Shown here piece by piece: positions 40,185-54,970 of a stretch of 64,000 nt of DNA. Position 1 is the stretch's first letter; every line of letters begins with the position of its first letter. The DNA is from Octopus vulgaris. Taxonomy: Eukaryota. A model generated the notes under the pieces. That model was not told where the DNA came from and searched no databases. It was given only the letters and a program-made list of their open reading frames with translations. The translations under genes were made by a program, and so were the position numbers. The stretch is taken from positions 117,986,001-118,050,000 of the forward strand of contig OX597818.1 in the NCBI GenBank assembly GCA_951406725.2. Reading direction: 5' to 3'.

Positions 40185-40292
40185 CAGCGCGCTGTTTCCT
40201 TGAGCAAGACACTTTATTTCACATTACTCCAGTACATTGAACTGATGATAATGAGTTGTATCTGGAATTCAAAGGGCTGGCCTTGTCAGCCC
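40185..40292 (+). mobile_element. Degenerate family-C CORE-SINE fragment
   Basis: ccttgagcaagacactttatttcacattactccag...atgagttgta...tcaaagggctggccttgtca. Confidence 0.75.
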
Positions 40293-40867
40293 TTACATAG
40301 ATATCAGTTTAGTCACGTGAATTATTTTTATAGAGACTAATCAATCCAATAACCATTTCTAGTTTTATGCTATTTAATGTTTCTAGAATGATCAGTTGGA
40401 GTGTTGCTTGTCATCAGACACTTTGATCAATGTGTAATGTTAAATTTCCAAATTTATCCATCGTTATGACTACATTCTATGGATAGATTCAGAAACCTAG
40501 GTTTAGTTTTCGTTTGTAAGAAAATGCCAAATAGATATAACATAGAAAATTAAAAATAAGGGCAATAAAGGGAAGCTCATTTAGGTTATTAGTGCAAACC
40601 GCAAAGTTTCTAGCAGAAAGATGCCTGGTGAAATGGAGATTACTAGATCAATTTTCGCCATATTAACTTGCATGAAATATTTGACATTCATTTAGCCATC
40701 AGCTGGATTTTGTATATCTCGCCGGTATTTCTCATAGTTCTATGCACGGAATAATTGCCAAATACCTCCCAAAGCGGCTGTTTGTAATTCCTCTGTGACT
40801 CTCTATTTCTCTTCCATTTCTCTCATTCTCGCCTTTCCGTCAAATGTGTTTGCGTGTGTATATATAT

Positions 40868-40902
<35 letters not shown>

Positions 40903-40961
40903 CACATACACACACCATGCATGCGTGTACGTTACTCTGTGTTTGCGTGTATATATGTATG

Positions 40962-41010
<49 letters not shown>

Positions 41011-41832
41011 ATATAAATTACCCTTTATCACTCAAGCGGAGGAAAATAACTAGATTTGAATATTTAGTAATCTTTAAAACATATGTAGCCGTTTGTCATT
41101 ATATCTGCAAATGAGCCCGCGTGTGCCTGGTTTTACGTGTATGTGAGTGTATGTACGCATTACGTTTTTGTCAAAGTACACTCTCAACACTCCAATGTAT
41201 ATACATACACAAACACATGTATATACATGCAAACATACATCGATATTATAATCAAGCATATACAGATATATCTCTGTGTATGTTTGTATTTGTATAACGA
41301 CGTACTATCATGCGAAGTAACATATATATTACTGAGCACATTTAATAAGGCTGAGAGACGTGTTATAGAACGCTAATAACTCTAAATTTTCCACAAAAAA
41401 AAAAAACAGTCATAATTTGTAGTGTTCTAATTGCAATAATTAGATGATATTATTCCAGAATACTACAACTTATTATTATAGAATGCAACATATGACATCA
41501 CATTCCGAAACGGAAACTTACCTGGCCAGGAGGAGAATTTGCTTTGCATTAACGACTTATCTCTCGATCGATTCAGTTCTTCAGTTGAAACAATGGATAA
41601 TGATGCTCTTATTCTGCGATGTTATTGAGATTCTGCTCTAAATTGCTTTAAGTTTCATTCAGAGTTACAAGCACAAATGCTGTACTCGAAAGCAAAAAAA
41701 TACGCGTACACACACACACACACACAAAAAAAAAGACAGACACACACACGCAGATACCCATATATACATACACACACACACACACACAGATACCCATATA
41801 TACATACACACACGCACACACACATATATATA

Positions 41833-41957
41833 TATCACGTGATCACATGACCGACCAGACCATCAGATGTTGTTACACATCGCTGGTCACAATGCGTTCG
41901 CATTGTTTTAGCCTTCGAATGACGGACGCCACCCCGCTGGCTAAGCGAGCAGGCCAA
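41833..41957 (-). mobile_element. Family-G SINE tail fragment
   Basis: Matches 9721-9810. Confidence 0.8.
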
Positions 41958-42676
41958 TATATATATATATATATATGTATATGTATACACACACTCACAC
42001 ACATGCATACACACACACACACACACACCTTGATATGTGTGCATGTGCGTGTTTGTATCCGCTGGTTTGAAGGAACAGAATGAAAAGTACTCGGTACTAT
42101 ATTAGACTGCTCTAGCATATTCGGTTAATGAGTAACTTGTACATCCGGAAATTTCCGGACGCGTGGGCAATTTTTAAAAGAGCAAAGCGAATCAAAGAAA
42201 CAAAAAAAGGAAAGAAACTAAAAGTCTTACATATTATGGGAAAACATTTCCCGTAATAGAACATGAACCAAAATACTTATATATGAGCTTGGTGTACGAT
42301 AGACATAATGTTTTCCTACAAATCATGGTCAACACATGCAAAACCATTTTCAACGGTACCAAATATGTGTTTTGCAAAAAATTATGAAGAAGTCCCAAAC
42401 TACCCCCAACGGCTGTATGTAATTGTGAACTAATTAAAACTGGTTCATATTTTTTAGGTATAGCAGTAATATCATTAACGATATTTATGCTAGAAACCAC
42501 ACAGGATGATAATGCAATTGTATTGCTGCCACTCTGCATAAATCTATAAATATAAAAGAATAAGTTCTTCTGATTTCTTGACGCTGGTAGCTTACGAGGA
42601 GCATAAAATCTTTTCAAGACTTAGTTTATGAGAGTCAATTATAAGTGTTATAGATTATTTTAACTTTAAACCATTA

Positions 42677-43047
42677 CTAGCAATATCCCCTGGTGTTGTT
42701 CGGGTTTGTTTTGACCCTTAGAATTGGAAGATTTTGCATTATGTAGCTTGTTATTCTCTTTAAGTGAACATTTTTCTGGTTGAAATACGCCGAAAAATGG
42801 CGACAGAACAGTAAAGAAATCGTAAAAGATAGGGATTTTCATAGAAAAAAAAAGCACCTTTTTGATGTAAATAATTTTTGGTGTTTATATGGTTTGAATT
42901 CTGTCTGCTACAGAAGGAAGAGCAGGCCTTCTTCTATCATACTCTCAATTTTGGTCAACTTTCGCCGCAGGGTCTCGGAGGAGATAGTGTTAGTTGAAGG
43001 CTAACAAACCTGCCATACACAGACAACTTAAGCTTTATATAGAGAGA
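42677..43047 (-). mobile_element. Non-autonomous Helitron
   Basis: Minus strand starts a|TCtctctatataaag and ends cccgaacaacaccaggggatattgCTAG|t. It has 5'-TC, a decayed subterminal GC hairpin, 3'-CTAG, an A|T insertion site and no TSD. Confidence 0.8.
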
Positions 43048-43407
43048 TTAATATACATTTCATGAGCTGATCTACGAACTTTCTATTCCTGATTGAAGGA
43101 CACAGCTGTAACTGCACTTTGAACTGATAGTACTAAGCACCGCTTGTTACCGCTTACTAAGTTTGCAGAAGGGAGTCGGATGGTGAAAATAACTTGTTCA
43201 CGATGCAGTAAAACTTTCTGCTAAACTAGGTACGAACGGTGCAGAAATTTATGAAATGTTCAAACTACTTGTGGATTGACTTGTATGAATCGAGCATATG
43301 TTTTTTCAAAAGTAAAAGATATTTAAGGACTGCAGAGAGGAGGTAAGAGATGATGAGAGCTGTTAGAAGCAAAGGGATGCCAGAACGTCAAAGCTGGTTG
43401 AGAAAAT

Positions 43408-43576
43408 TATATATATACGACGAGCTTCTTTCAGTTTCCGTCTACCGAATCCACTCACAAGGCTTTGGTCAGCCCGAAGCTATAGTGGAAGACACCTGCC
43501 CAAGTTGTCACGCAGTGGGACTGAACCCAGAACCATGTGGTTGGTAAGCAAGCTACTGACCACACGGCCACTCCTA
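43408..43576 (-). mobile_element. Family-A SINE, 5' half only
   Basis: Runs from the head to the TA linker. Confidence 0.88.
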
Positions 43577-44199
43577 TCGCAAAAACAAAAAGAAACAATG
43601 CATGTCGACAGCAGCACTTGAGAAAACAGCACATCCGTCAAGCTCAGGGATTTTAATACTTGATACATGGAAATATATGTTTTTCATAATATTCCTACGA
43701 TTTGACAGACGGGAGAAAATATAAGACTTGTTCCATTTCAGATTGAATACATAGAAATGGGTTATGAAGACTCGACGGTGGGGTGTATTCCCCCAACTTC
43801 AACGTACAGGATATAGACAGATGCAACAAGTGATCGATAACTGTAATAAAACATTTCGCATTAAGATCACAAAAAAATATTTCGCTTTTGGATTTGGTTT
43901 GCAAGATACTTTATGTGAGTCAAGCATATTGTAAAGGTTGCAATACGAACGAAAAGTTTAGGAATATAAAAATAAGAAATAAGTGGAAATTTTACCGGTG
44001 AGTGTGTTAAATTATAAGGCACAAAGAGAAAATTACTCGCCCCAGACACAACAGAATCACGAAAAATACTAATCTAAAATTAGTGAAATTTGACATAACT
44101 TTATCTTTCACTACATACATTAGACATATTTCGTAACCTAACGAGAAAATCCACGTTCCAAAAGTGTTTAATATAATTAAATATCTAATGGATAATATT

Positions 44200-44530
44200 T
44201 CTTTCTTTATTGCCCACGGGGGGCTAAACGTAGACGGGACAAACAAAGACAGACAAAGGGTTTAAGTCGATTACATCGACCCTAGTGCGTAACTGGTACT
44301 TGTTTCATCGACCGCGGAAGTATGAAAGGCAAAGTCGACCTTGGCGGAAATTGAACTCAGAACGTAACAGCAGACGAAATACCGCTAAGCATTTCACCCG
44401 GTGTGCTAACGTTTCTTATTTTATTATGGCCCACAAGGGGCTAAACATTAAGGGGACAAAAAAGGACAGACAAAGGGATTAAGTCGATTAAATCGCCTGG
44501 CGTCCTAACGGTTCTGCCAGTTCGCCGCCT
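44200..44530 (-). mobile_element. Rearranged family-D SINE with a duplicated tail, inside one 16-bp TSD
   Basis: TSD tctaatggataatatt at 44184-44199 and 44531-44546. The tail occurs at 44200-44275 and again at 44416-44490. Confidence 0.9.
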
Positions 44531-45789
44531 TCTAATGGATAATATTACTGTATCAATGTAACTACCACACTATCAGTATATATATATGTATGTATGTTCG
44601 CTTGTATTTTATTCTCGCATTATATAAGCTACGTCCAATTCAAATAAATATTGCAAGGTATAGAACGTAAAAGTGCATAACGTCCAAGTTTCTTCACAAA
44701 GTCACTGTAAATACGAGTCAACAACAGCGAAGTCTTAGATTTTATATTGTACATAGCGTTACCGTGTAAACAGCATTGTTGGTTGAATAGATGCAGGCCA
44801 AACTCTATGATTTCAACCTGCGTTTAAAGGTTTTCTAGTTGTCATATCTGATTGTCTCCATTATTTAACTTATTGAAACTATTTTGCTTTCTAAAGGCGA
44901 TGGTTTGGGATTTGATGCTGACGGGCCTGCATTTTATTTAAGGTCAATTGATTAGATATCACCTCATTTTGTTACTGCAGCCATATATTGCAAGTGGCAT
45001 TGACGAAGAAATTTCCAAGGAAGTTTCCAATTACATATTAGAATTTCATTTGCGGGTCTCTGTATACGGATAACGGCTAAGGTATTGTAGTATTATCCAA
45101 TGAACAAGTATTGCAAATATTGTCCAAACAATTCAGAGATTGGTGAAAAGTGTAAAAGCTACTCGTGTTGATCTATGATATCTCTTAGCACAAACAAGTG
45201 ACTTCATTGTATAAACCCTCAGCAGCATGCATTTGGATGAATATTTAAAGATGACCTCGCAAGAAGCTAGGGTTTGATAAAGGCGATGGACAATAATCTA
45301 TACCTTAATTTTTAGCATATGATGACTTCATGGAATCAAAATTTCCACGTTTACGAGCAAATTCCATCTCACATTTACCCTTGTATTTACTCGGGATATA
45401 CATTTACTTGTCGGTCTTTCAGAGTACAAAAAAAAAGAACGTTAATATAATTTATAGTTCAGTGTAATGCATAAATTTTCTTTCTAATGTTTTCAATAAT
45501 AAAGTGCCTAGCAAATTTCTACAGTGTGGGCCGCAAAAACTGAAAAAAAAGTATGATCTAATGTCCAAGAAATTTCAAAACAAAATGTTCCTCGTAAGAT
45601 TCACCAGCATTTCAAGAAAAATAAAACTCAAACTAATTATTTCTATAGTTGACTGAATGTTTGGTAAGATAGAAAATAAACATTAACTTCTAAAACCATT
45701 ACAATGGTTTTAGAAGTTATATACGTTTCTATCTTAGCTAGTCCTCCACAGAAACGTATATTCCACTTTTTTGCAAGATGGCGTGATCA

Positions 45790-46450
45790 ATATTGTTGCC
45801 ACCCTATTGTCTCGGGAGACAATGGAGTTGCGCATAAAATAATTCAGTCTGGTTTTTATATTTCATGTCCTAATACATCTGCTGTGGCTGTGTAGTCCTA
45901 TCCTTGATAAACACTCCCTCTGGCAGGTGCCGCAAATGTAGCGAAGACTTTGAATGGGTGGTTATAATGTCATAGTTTCTTGTGGACGTCTTTTCTTGTC
46001 TTTTCATTTCTCCTCTCTCTCTCTCGCTGTGTCACTCCTTCGTGTTCCCCCTTCTATGGTGCCTCACCAATCTCCACGGTTACTGGCAACCGCTTCCCAG
46101 TTGCTAATATTGATGTCGCAGGCCTTCATGTCCCTTTTGCAAACATCCTTGTATCGTAAGAACGGTCTTCCTACAGACATAGTGCCCCTAGCAAGCTCTC
46201 CGTAGAATATACCCTGGCGGATTCTGCCATCTTCCATACGACTAAAATGTCCAAGCCATCTCATACGTATTTGTGGGAAGAGTGCAAACATGCTTGGTAT
46301 TCCAGCTTGAGGACATTTTTGTTGGGGACACGATCCTGCCATTTGATACCAAGAATTTTCCTGAGGCAGCGCAGATGATGCTTTTGGCCTGTGTATGGCA
46401 TCCAGGTCTTACCGCCATATAGTAGAGTGCTAAGTACACATGTCTGTAAC
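45790..46450 (-). mobile_element. 5'-truncated RTE-clade LINE 3' end
   Basis: RMRWLGHFSRMEDGRIRQGIFYGELARGTMSVGRPFLRYKDVCKRDMK..WEAVASNRGDW, followed by tail gcgcaactccattgtctcccgagac. Confidence 0.93.
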
Positions 46451-47099
46451 TCTCACGTTTCTATCTTATCCAGTCCTCCACAGCAACGTATATCCCACTC
46501 TATTGGCAAGACGGCATGTTGTATATATCTACAATTTAAAAGACGTTAATGAAATGTATGAGTATTTCTAATACTATGGAACCTGAGGGCTATCATAAAT
46601 GAATGATTTGCATATCTTAAATAATGTTTTCAATGAACTTTTATCGTGGTGGTAAGCATCCGATTCATTTATAGCACTTGAGGCTTAATTTTCGTAGTTT
46701 TATCACTTTCGAAATGTCAACAGTGTATGATATATGATGCATGTGCTGTATATATGATCATGTTGTTAACGTAGCAATCAACTGGAGTTCTGCTGCGGAT
46801 TGGTACTTGTATTAATCTGTATATTCTGGTCGTGCATCATTTATGCAGCAAAAATTTTTATTTAAATCAAACATTCTCTACGTAGTGTTTTGACAATGAC
46901 ATTTTAAAACTGTGCGGACATTAGTTCCTCTTTGCTCATAACTGCATTTTTCTGTCTTTAGTGTAAACAAGAATTGTATAGGCTTTGTTATTTATTTATT
47001 TTTTTTACCTGAATATTCACTTTTAGAAACGAAATAACTAGATTTCCGGCCATTATGTTTGTACGTTTGTAGATGTAAATGTTAATATCCAGTTGCTTC

Positions 47100-47305
<206 letters not shown>

Positions 47306-47309
47306 TATA

Positions 47310-47590
47310 ACATCGTTTCCGCACCCGTCATATGCGCCAGATTTAGCACCTTCCCAAGACGAAAATGCCACTCACAGGTCGCCGTTTTAATACCGTTGTT
47401 GAGATCGAGAGCGAATCGCAGAAGGTCGTCGGCTCACAGGCTTACGGAGAAGGAAATCCAGGTCGGATTCCAAAAGTGAGGGGAACGCTGGGACCGGTGC
47501 ATTATAGTGCAAGATGACTATTTCGAAGGAGATTAGGTTAAAACTCAAGTAAATAAGTTATTTTATCTTAAACATAAATACTCCGGGAGC
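47310..47590 (+). mobile_element. Mariner transposase C-terminal fragment
   Basis: FPHPSYAPDLAPS...GRRFNTVVEIESES...GFQK*GERWDRCIIVQDDYFEGD*. Confidence 0.88.
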
Positions 47591-47592
47591 AG

Positions 47593-47979
47593 TTTTTCAG
47601 TCATTTGACCGAGGCCATGCTGGATCACCGCCTTTAGTTGAGCAAATCGACCCCAGTACTTATTCTTTGTAAGCCTAGTACTCATTTTATCGGTCTCTTT
47701 TTCCCGAACCGCTACGTTACGGGGACGTAAACACACCAGCATCGGCTGTCAAGCGATGTTGGGGGACAAACACAGACACACAACCATATACACACACATA
47801 TATATATATACCTATATACGACAGGCTTCTTTCAGTTTCCATCTACCAAATCCACTCACAATGATTTGGCCGGCCCGAGGCTATAGTAGAAGACACTTGC
47901 CCAAGGTGCCACGCTGTGAGACTGAACCCAGAACCATGTGGTTGGTAAGCAAGCTACGTACCACATTGACACCTGCGCC
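47593..47979 (-). mobile_element. Family-A SINE, near full length
   Basis: Matches 6853-7233. Confidence 0.92.
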
Positions 47980-48056
47980 CACGAATATACAAAGAGAGAG
48001 GGAGACTATCATATTGATAGTTAGGTATTATGTATCTAGAAATATGTACGTGTGGT

Positions 48057-48097
<41 letters not shown>

Positions 48098-48809
48098 GCA
48101 TGCGTATATATGTTTATATATGTACGTGCAATTGATCAGATGTTTCAGAGAGGGCCGTTTATATAAAGGGCAAACGTGTTCACAAACATCATGAAGATGC
48201 TCATCTCTGGATTTGCTAGTTAGAATATTAAACTTTAGTACATTGGCTTGAAACACTGAACAACAACAACAACAACAAAAAAATCAACACCTCCACCAAC
48301 AACAACAACAGCAACGAAAAACAGAAAAAAGAAACCGGTTGCACGATTGCAAACAGATGCACAAGTATCGGAATACCGGAAAACCATTATAACTGTTGAA
48401 GCAAAATAAGTTGAAAACAGAAATTTACATATGTAAATACATATATACATGCACAAACATATATACACAGTATTGAATGGCCGTTGCTTCTCCTGTGTTT
48501 ATCCGCCCATTGATAGGTTTTCGTTTTCATTCCGTAGGGTGCCCCTGCGTCACTCTGCTCCAAAAGCAAGCTTGGTGAGGCCGCTACTTTACACCCCAAT
48601 TTCCTTAGCATACGTATATACATACATGTATAAACATACGCATAGATATGTTTCGCAGCCTATATATACCCGGTTAATGTTCAGACTATATATTGTTTTA
48701 ATGATCATTAACTTGATATACATATAATATAGGTGTTTGTGTTCCTTTGAGTATATACATGTATATATATGCAAAGTTATTAACCAAGATAAAGAAAACA
48801 TATACACGT

Positions 48810-49560
<751 letters not shown>

Positions 49561-49954
49561 TGCAAGTACATTTTCAGATTTATAAATTTCATATTAGGCT
49601 GGATATCTTTTAGATATTCACAGATCAAAATGTCCTGATAGATAATATATCAGTCATTCTGTAAATACAGTCCAGTCTGCAAACCCAAATATTTAGATAG
49701 TAAACATAATCATTTAAAATGAGCCACTCCTAAATTATTATAGCCAATACGTTCCCTTCATCGGCTGTAACAGTTCTTCTTGTTTTTATATGAGAATTTC
49801 TATTTCGAAGCTAAATATGAAGTCTATATATCTCATATGTCTAAATAATCACTTCTATATCGTATACGTGTGTTTATATATGTGTGAGTATTTATATATA
49901 TATATATGTATGTATGTATGTATATGTATGTATGTGCGTCCTAAGAACGTGCAC

Positions 49955-49995
<41 letters not shown>

Positions 49996-50083
49996 CATAC
50001 ATATATACATAGGTACCTATATATGTAGGTAATGTGTGTATAAAATTATAAAATATATAAGTATACATATGTGTGTGTGCGTT

Positions 50084-50114
<31 letters not shown>

Positions 50115-50520
50115 GTATGTATATACGAACGTATGTATGTATACACACATATTCATAAATATTTTAGCTCAAGATATATGTAGTTATGTCAAAGTGTGAT
50201 TCTATATATATAAATATATGAATGTGTATCTATGTGTATACGTGAATGTGTGTGAGCGTGTTTCAATGTATGCGTGTGTGTACACATAATATCACACACT
50301 CACATAATTACAAATACACGCACCTACATGTATCCATATATTTCTGCTCGTACAGAATGTCGTACAAAATATTAAAGAGAAATAAATAAAGTGGCCTTGT
50401 TTGTTTAGCTGCTAAATTCTACAGCGCGGTCAGGAGCGTAGACGTACATATGTTCGCACACACGTGAATACATACATAGAAACACGCTCACATATGCATA
50501 TACTAAACACATTATACTTA

Positions 50521-50593
<73 letters not shown>

Positions 50594-50688
50594 GTGTGTA
50601 TGTGTATGCGTGTACATATATATATATATATATATATATGAATATATGTATATATATACATATATATATATATATTATATACACACAC

Positions 50689-50760
<72 letters not shown>

Positions 50761-50773
50761 TTATATATAAATG

Positions 50774-50809
<36 letters not shown>

Positions 50810-51129
50810 GCATCCATATATTTGTATATTTACTTGTTTTCGTGACTGTACTGCGGCCGTTCTGTAACATCGCCCACATAGCTTACTTGTAGGCCTGGTA
50901 GTCAGTCTTTCGGGTTCTTTCCCGAATTGTTAGGTTACCGGAGCACAAAGATAACACACTGGCTTTTAAACAAACGCACAGAAATTCACACACATACACA
51001 CACGTATATATATTATACAAACACAGTACCATATGTGACATACTCCTCAACAGAACCATCTTCCTTGAGCTCTTATATGCAAATGGGATGTAGGCTTCCA
51101 TGGAAAAGGATAGAATATTCATTTCCTGC

Positions 51130-51430
51130 TACACATAGAGTAGTATCATTACGAGACCATGTTCGAGTTTAGATAATTCAAAAACAGAATTGAGTAATCG
51201 ATGTGATTGCTGAGTACTGAAAACACAAGCTCCGGTAGACTGATCTTGTTGCAAGGCTCACAGGCAACAGGTGGAGTCCTGCAACTGACGAATTGTATCC
51301 CAGAAATCGATGAATGTCACTTCGAAGGTCTCCACGACGAAGGGAAGCCGATTTAGATAAGTAATTTGGTTCGAGATGGAAAAGAATGGCGCAATCCAGA
51401 CAGAATTGGAAGCGAATTTATAAATGTAGC
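51130..51430 (+). mobile_element. Degenerate RTE-clade LINE 3' fragment
   Basis: SLRDHVR..VIDVIAEY*KHKLR*TDLVARLTGNRWS..LYPRN..RRSPRRREADL..RWKRMAQSRQNWK resembles RTE KWRWAGHVARR.DNRW..W.PR..RGRP..RW..AQDR..WK. Confidence 0.7.
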
Positions 51431-51716
51431 AGACCGGTTTATGTGCTTACCTTTTGTTTCCCGTCCATAAAGGGTTTAGCTTAATGGCGTATCATCTGAT
51501 CCCAACAACCTGTTGGACAATGACGTCTTAAGTATATCTTTTGAAGAGGTCATGGACCAACAGATTTTCGAGATCTAACGATACGCCAGAAACTTAAACT
51601 CTTTATGAACGGGAAACATAAGTTAACCTCATAAACCGGCCTTCCCCCATCTTTAATATATACTGCTTTATATTGTAGAGTGTGCTTCCTCATTCCGTTT
51701 TTGTTTTCTACAAACG

Positions 51717-51765
<49 letters not shown>

Positions 51766-52080
51766 AAATACAAAAATGGGACAAGAACGCAAAACATCAA
51801 GGCAGTTTGGTGATACAAAAAAAGGGCAACAAAACATCCAGACAGACGAAACAAGAATGGGTCATTCGGAGTTTTCTTTCCTCAGTCCATTTCCAGATTA
51901 TCTTTGCAATTTCAGTTGATTATACTCGATATTGCTCCAATCTAGCCAGCCCCAAGGAAAAACTAAGCTAAGAGCATTAGATTCTTTGGAAGAAAGCACC
52001 GAATATATTCCAAAACAAGAACGGGAAAAATGATAGAAATGTTACACATATACAGATGCAATTAACAGGATATAACAACA

Positions 52081-52302
52081 GGTGTCTTTCGACTAAGGAC
52101 GAATTAAATTAAGCTGGCGTGTGTGGAAGTAAAGCATTGCGGCAGGGACATAAGTTTTAACAGACACAGGGAGGAATATATTGATTCGACTACCATCCGT
52201 GCAACATCTATATTCTTCCCTGTTAAAACGTATGTCTCTGCCGTGAGGCTTTACTTCCACACACGACAGCTTAATTTAATCCGTCCTTAGTCGAAATACA
52301 CC
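52081..52302. repeat. Inverted repeat with ~95-bp arms and a ~30-bp loop
   Basis: ggtgtctttcgactaaggacgaattaaattaagctggcgtgtgtggaagtaaagc.. pairs with ..gctttacttccacacacgacagcttaatttaatccgtccttagtcgaaatacacc. Confidence 0.93.
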
Positions 52303-52754
52303 ATATAATTCCAATAAGGAGCAAATAATTCAGGAGAAAATATTTGCGAAGATATCATTAGCTCTATTATTATGAAGGATAGAATTATTAAATTGATAAT
52401 AACAGAATTAGTAATATAGGCGTTTGCAGGCCCCAAAAAGCATTGAATAGCTGAAGGATTAAAATGTATATTAATCGAAGGGACTACTGTGTATGTCTAC
52501 CTGCCGAAAATAGTGGTCAAATTCTTATTTAGACCGCCGGAAAAATGGTAACGGAAATTTTAGATTGCTTTCCTCGTTTCAACAGGCTGTGCATTTACAG
52601 TGAAAAATAATGTATGCGGTTAGACGATCTAAGGTCTATTTTTCTGCATATTGTTATGGAAACTTTTTCTTTGTCAATTTATCTCAAAATTTTACATTTG
52701 AAATGTTGGCATGATGGTGATTAAGAACTTGATTAGTCTAATAACTTTTCCACA

Positions 52755-52815
52755 TCATAAACGGCGGTGCATCAGCATGGCCGCAGCTCTGAGCTGAAAC
52801 TAGAGAGAAAAAAAA
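52755..52815 (+). mobile_element. Isolated CR1-like LINE 3' tail
   Basis: ggcggtgcatcagcatggccgcagctctgagctgaaact plus an A-rich run; matches 11290-11345. Confidence 0.65.
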
Positions 52816-53490
52816 TCAGCAAAGCATAATGAGGGTAATAATTGAGATATTTATACATACACACGGGAAATCAAATGCAACGCTATGATTACATACAAAT
52901 ATCATCAATATATCCGCATCGAATTTCGTAGTCTATACCGGCCTGTGTGTATTTGGTCAGAATAATACAGAAGTGACTAGACTCTACCGAAGTGAATGGA
53001 AGTTATTCAATTATAATAACGAAGGACAAAACCGTCGTTAAAGACTTTACCACTGGGCAGTATATAAACCAGGCCTGTGGTATATAATAGTATAATATAC
53101 AATTATAATTAAGAGCATAGAAGACACCACGCATATGCTGAAAATAGACGCTAAATTGTCAAAACGCTTAAAATTATCACTTATCTAGTACACACGTTGA
53201 AATCGAGGGAGGTACCTGACAGAAATTCATAAAATGATAATAATACAATTAGTTTTGATTGATAAATTTCTGGACTAACCTAATTACTTTTTCTCATCAG
53301 CAAGGGAAATAAAAAAGAGATATTTATACAAGCCTACAGGAAAGCAAAGCGAACTATTACAAATGTCTATATATGAATTCAGCTTAATAGGTCTATCTTA
53401 TATGCTGGCCACTGATTAAATTGTTAATTTGTTAATGATCTTATCCTTTATGTATGTATGTATATGTGTATGTATGTATGAATGCATATA

Positions 53491-53534
<44 letters not shown>

Positions 53535-53599
53535 TTTCCACATATACATATATACATAATCTATTTATCAGAAAGTGATAACAGGTCGATTTTCAGTTT

Positions 53600-54970
53600 G
53601 ACACTGTTTCAGATTACAGTTTAATGGTTCCAGATGCTTGTTATAGGATTATTTGAAATTAGCGACGTACATAGAGCCGAGTAGCATTTATATTTACAAC
53701 TGTATATAACGTCAGAGAATGTATTCAACAGCAAGGAGTTCTGGAGTCGAAGAATAGCTAGACGCTCTTTTATACATAATTTACATTTACCTATATCTGT
53801 ATTGTACGGGGGAGGCTCACCTAATATAGACCATGATATGGTATATTGGATATTTTCTGATTTGTCGTTGTATATATCTTTTGCTAAAGATGTAGATAAT
53901 TTACATTTTAGATCAGTAAAAAAATTCATCTGAGCACGATAACGGCATTTAAAGTCAACCATGCCTAGTGGGTTCGGGGTGTCATCACACGGCATTTATC
54001 GTTTAGGATTCTGCGGAGACAGGACCCTGCAGGAGGGCATGGATCAGATTCGCGACAGTAGTCAGCTTTTCTGTTTCCTCCATGATTGGGTTTTACTGTT
54101 AGTGATGTTAAGGTTGGTTGCTTTGCTTTTAGTGGGGGCGGAGATCCATATTGGTATTAGATTAGTATTGAATTGGGAGGTTGTAATGGTACTATTTATT
54201 GTCGCATATTAGGGGGTGTGAAATGTCGGCTTAAGTTTAGTATTAGATACTTGAGTTAGGTTATTACGGTTTGTATTATTGTTATTGTCTAGGCTAGCGT
54301 GGGATGCAGTGCAAGAGTGTAGCTGTTCAAATGACTGGTGTTGGAATTTATGCATATTCGAGGAGGCTATTATATATCCTGAGTTAAGTTTCGTAGAATA
54401 GGAGATCTTCACATGATTTGTTAATGATGGGGAATATTTATGTTGCAGTGGAAAATTAGATTTTAGAATTCTGAAAAATAATTTTGGTAGTGATTTAACT
54501 CGGAGCGAGAATGGTGGTACAAACTATACGATTTCACGTTTCCTAACCATCAATTTTGTGCAGCGTGTGCGGTTGCCATTGGAAGTTTGTTGTTGTTATA
54601 CGTTGCGGATGGCCAGTAATGCGGTGGAGTTCTATTTGAAATTGTTTTTTTTTTTATATGGAGTTGGTGCATTGGTGTCGAATACAGGTAATAGCCGTAG
54701 AGTCAGTGTCAGTATTGTGGAGCAAATGTGTTATTTAATTCTAAGATTTGTGCTGTGGGTATAATGGCTTTTTTCGTGGACACCGCTTATTTGAGGGGCG
54801 TGAGTATTAGAGATTTATTCCTTAGCGGACAGGTTAGAAATTCTGATTGATATAGCTGTGACTACGCTAATAAGGGTAAGCTTTGGATGATTAGAGTGGA
54901 TATTTATATAATAAAGATTGGTTAGATTTATAGATGGGTTGGTATAAATTAGTGTTTAGATTAAGAGTAA
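53600..54970 (-). mobile_element. Penelope-like retroelement relic (RT C-terminus, linker and GIY-YIG C-terminal region)
   Basis: LLYINIHSNHPK..ISIRISNLS; RKREIV*FVPPFS; VKISYST; FKCRY..STSLAKDIY..YTISWSIL..PYN...KCKLCIKERLAIL..LLN..C. These are PLE motifs in canonical order, with stops and frameshifts. Confidence 0.88.

Noticed and set aside
42145-42160. Perfect 16-bp palindrome tccggaaatttccgga
   Set aside because: Isolated, with no partner terminus or other supporting context.
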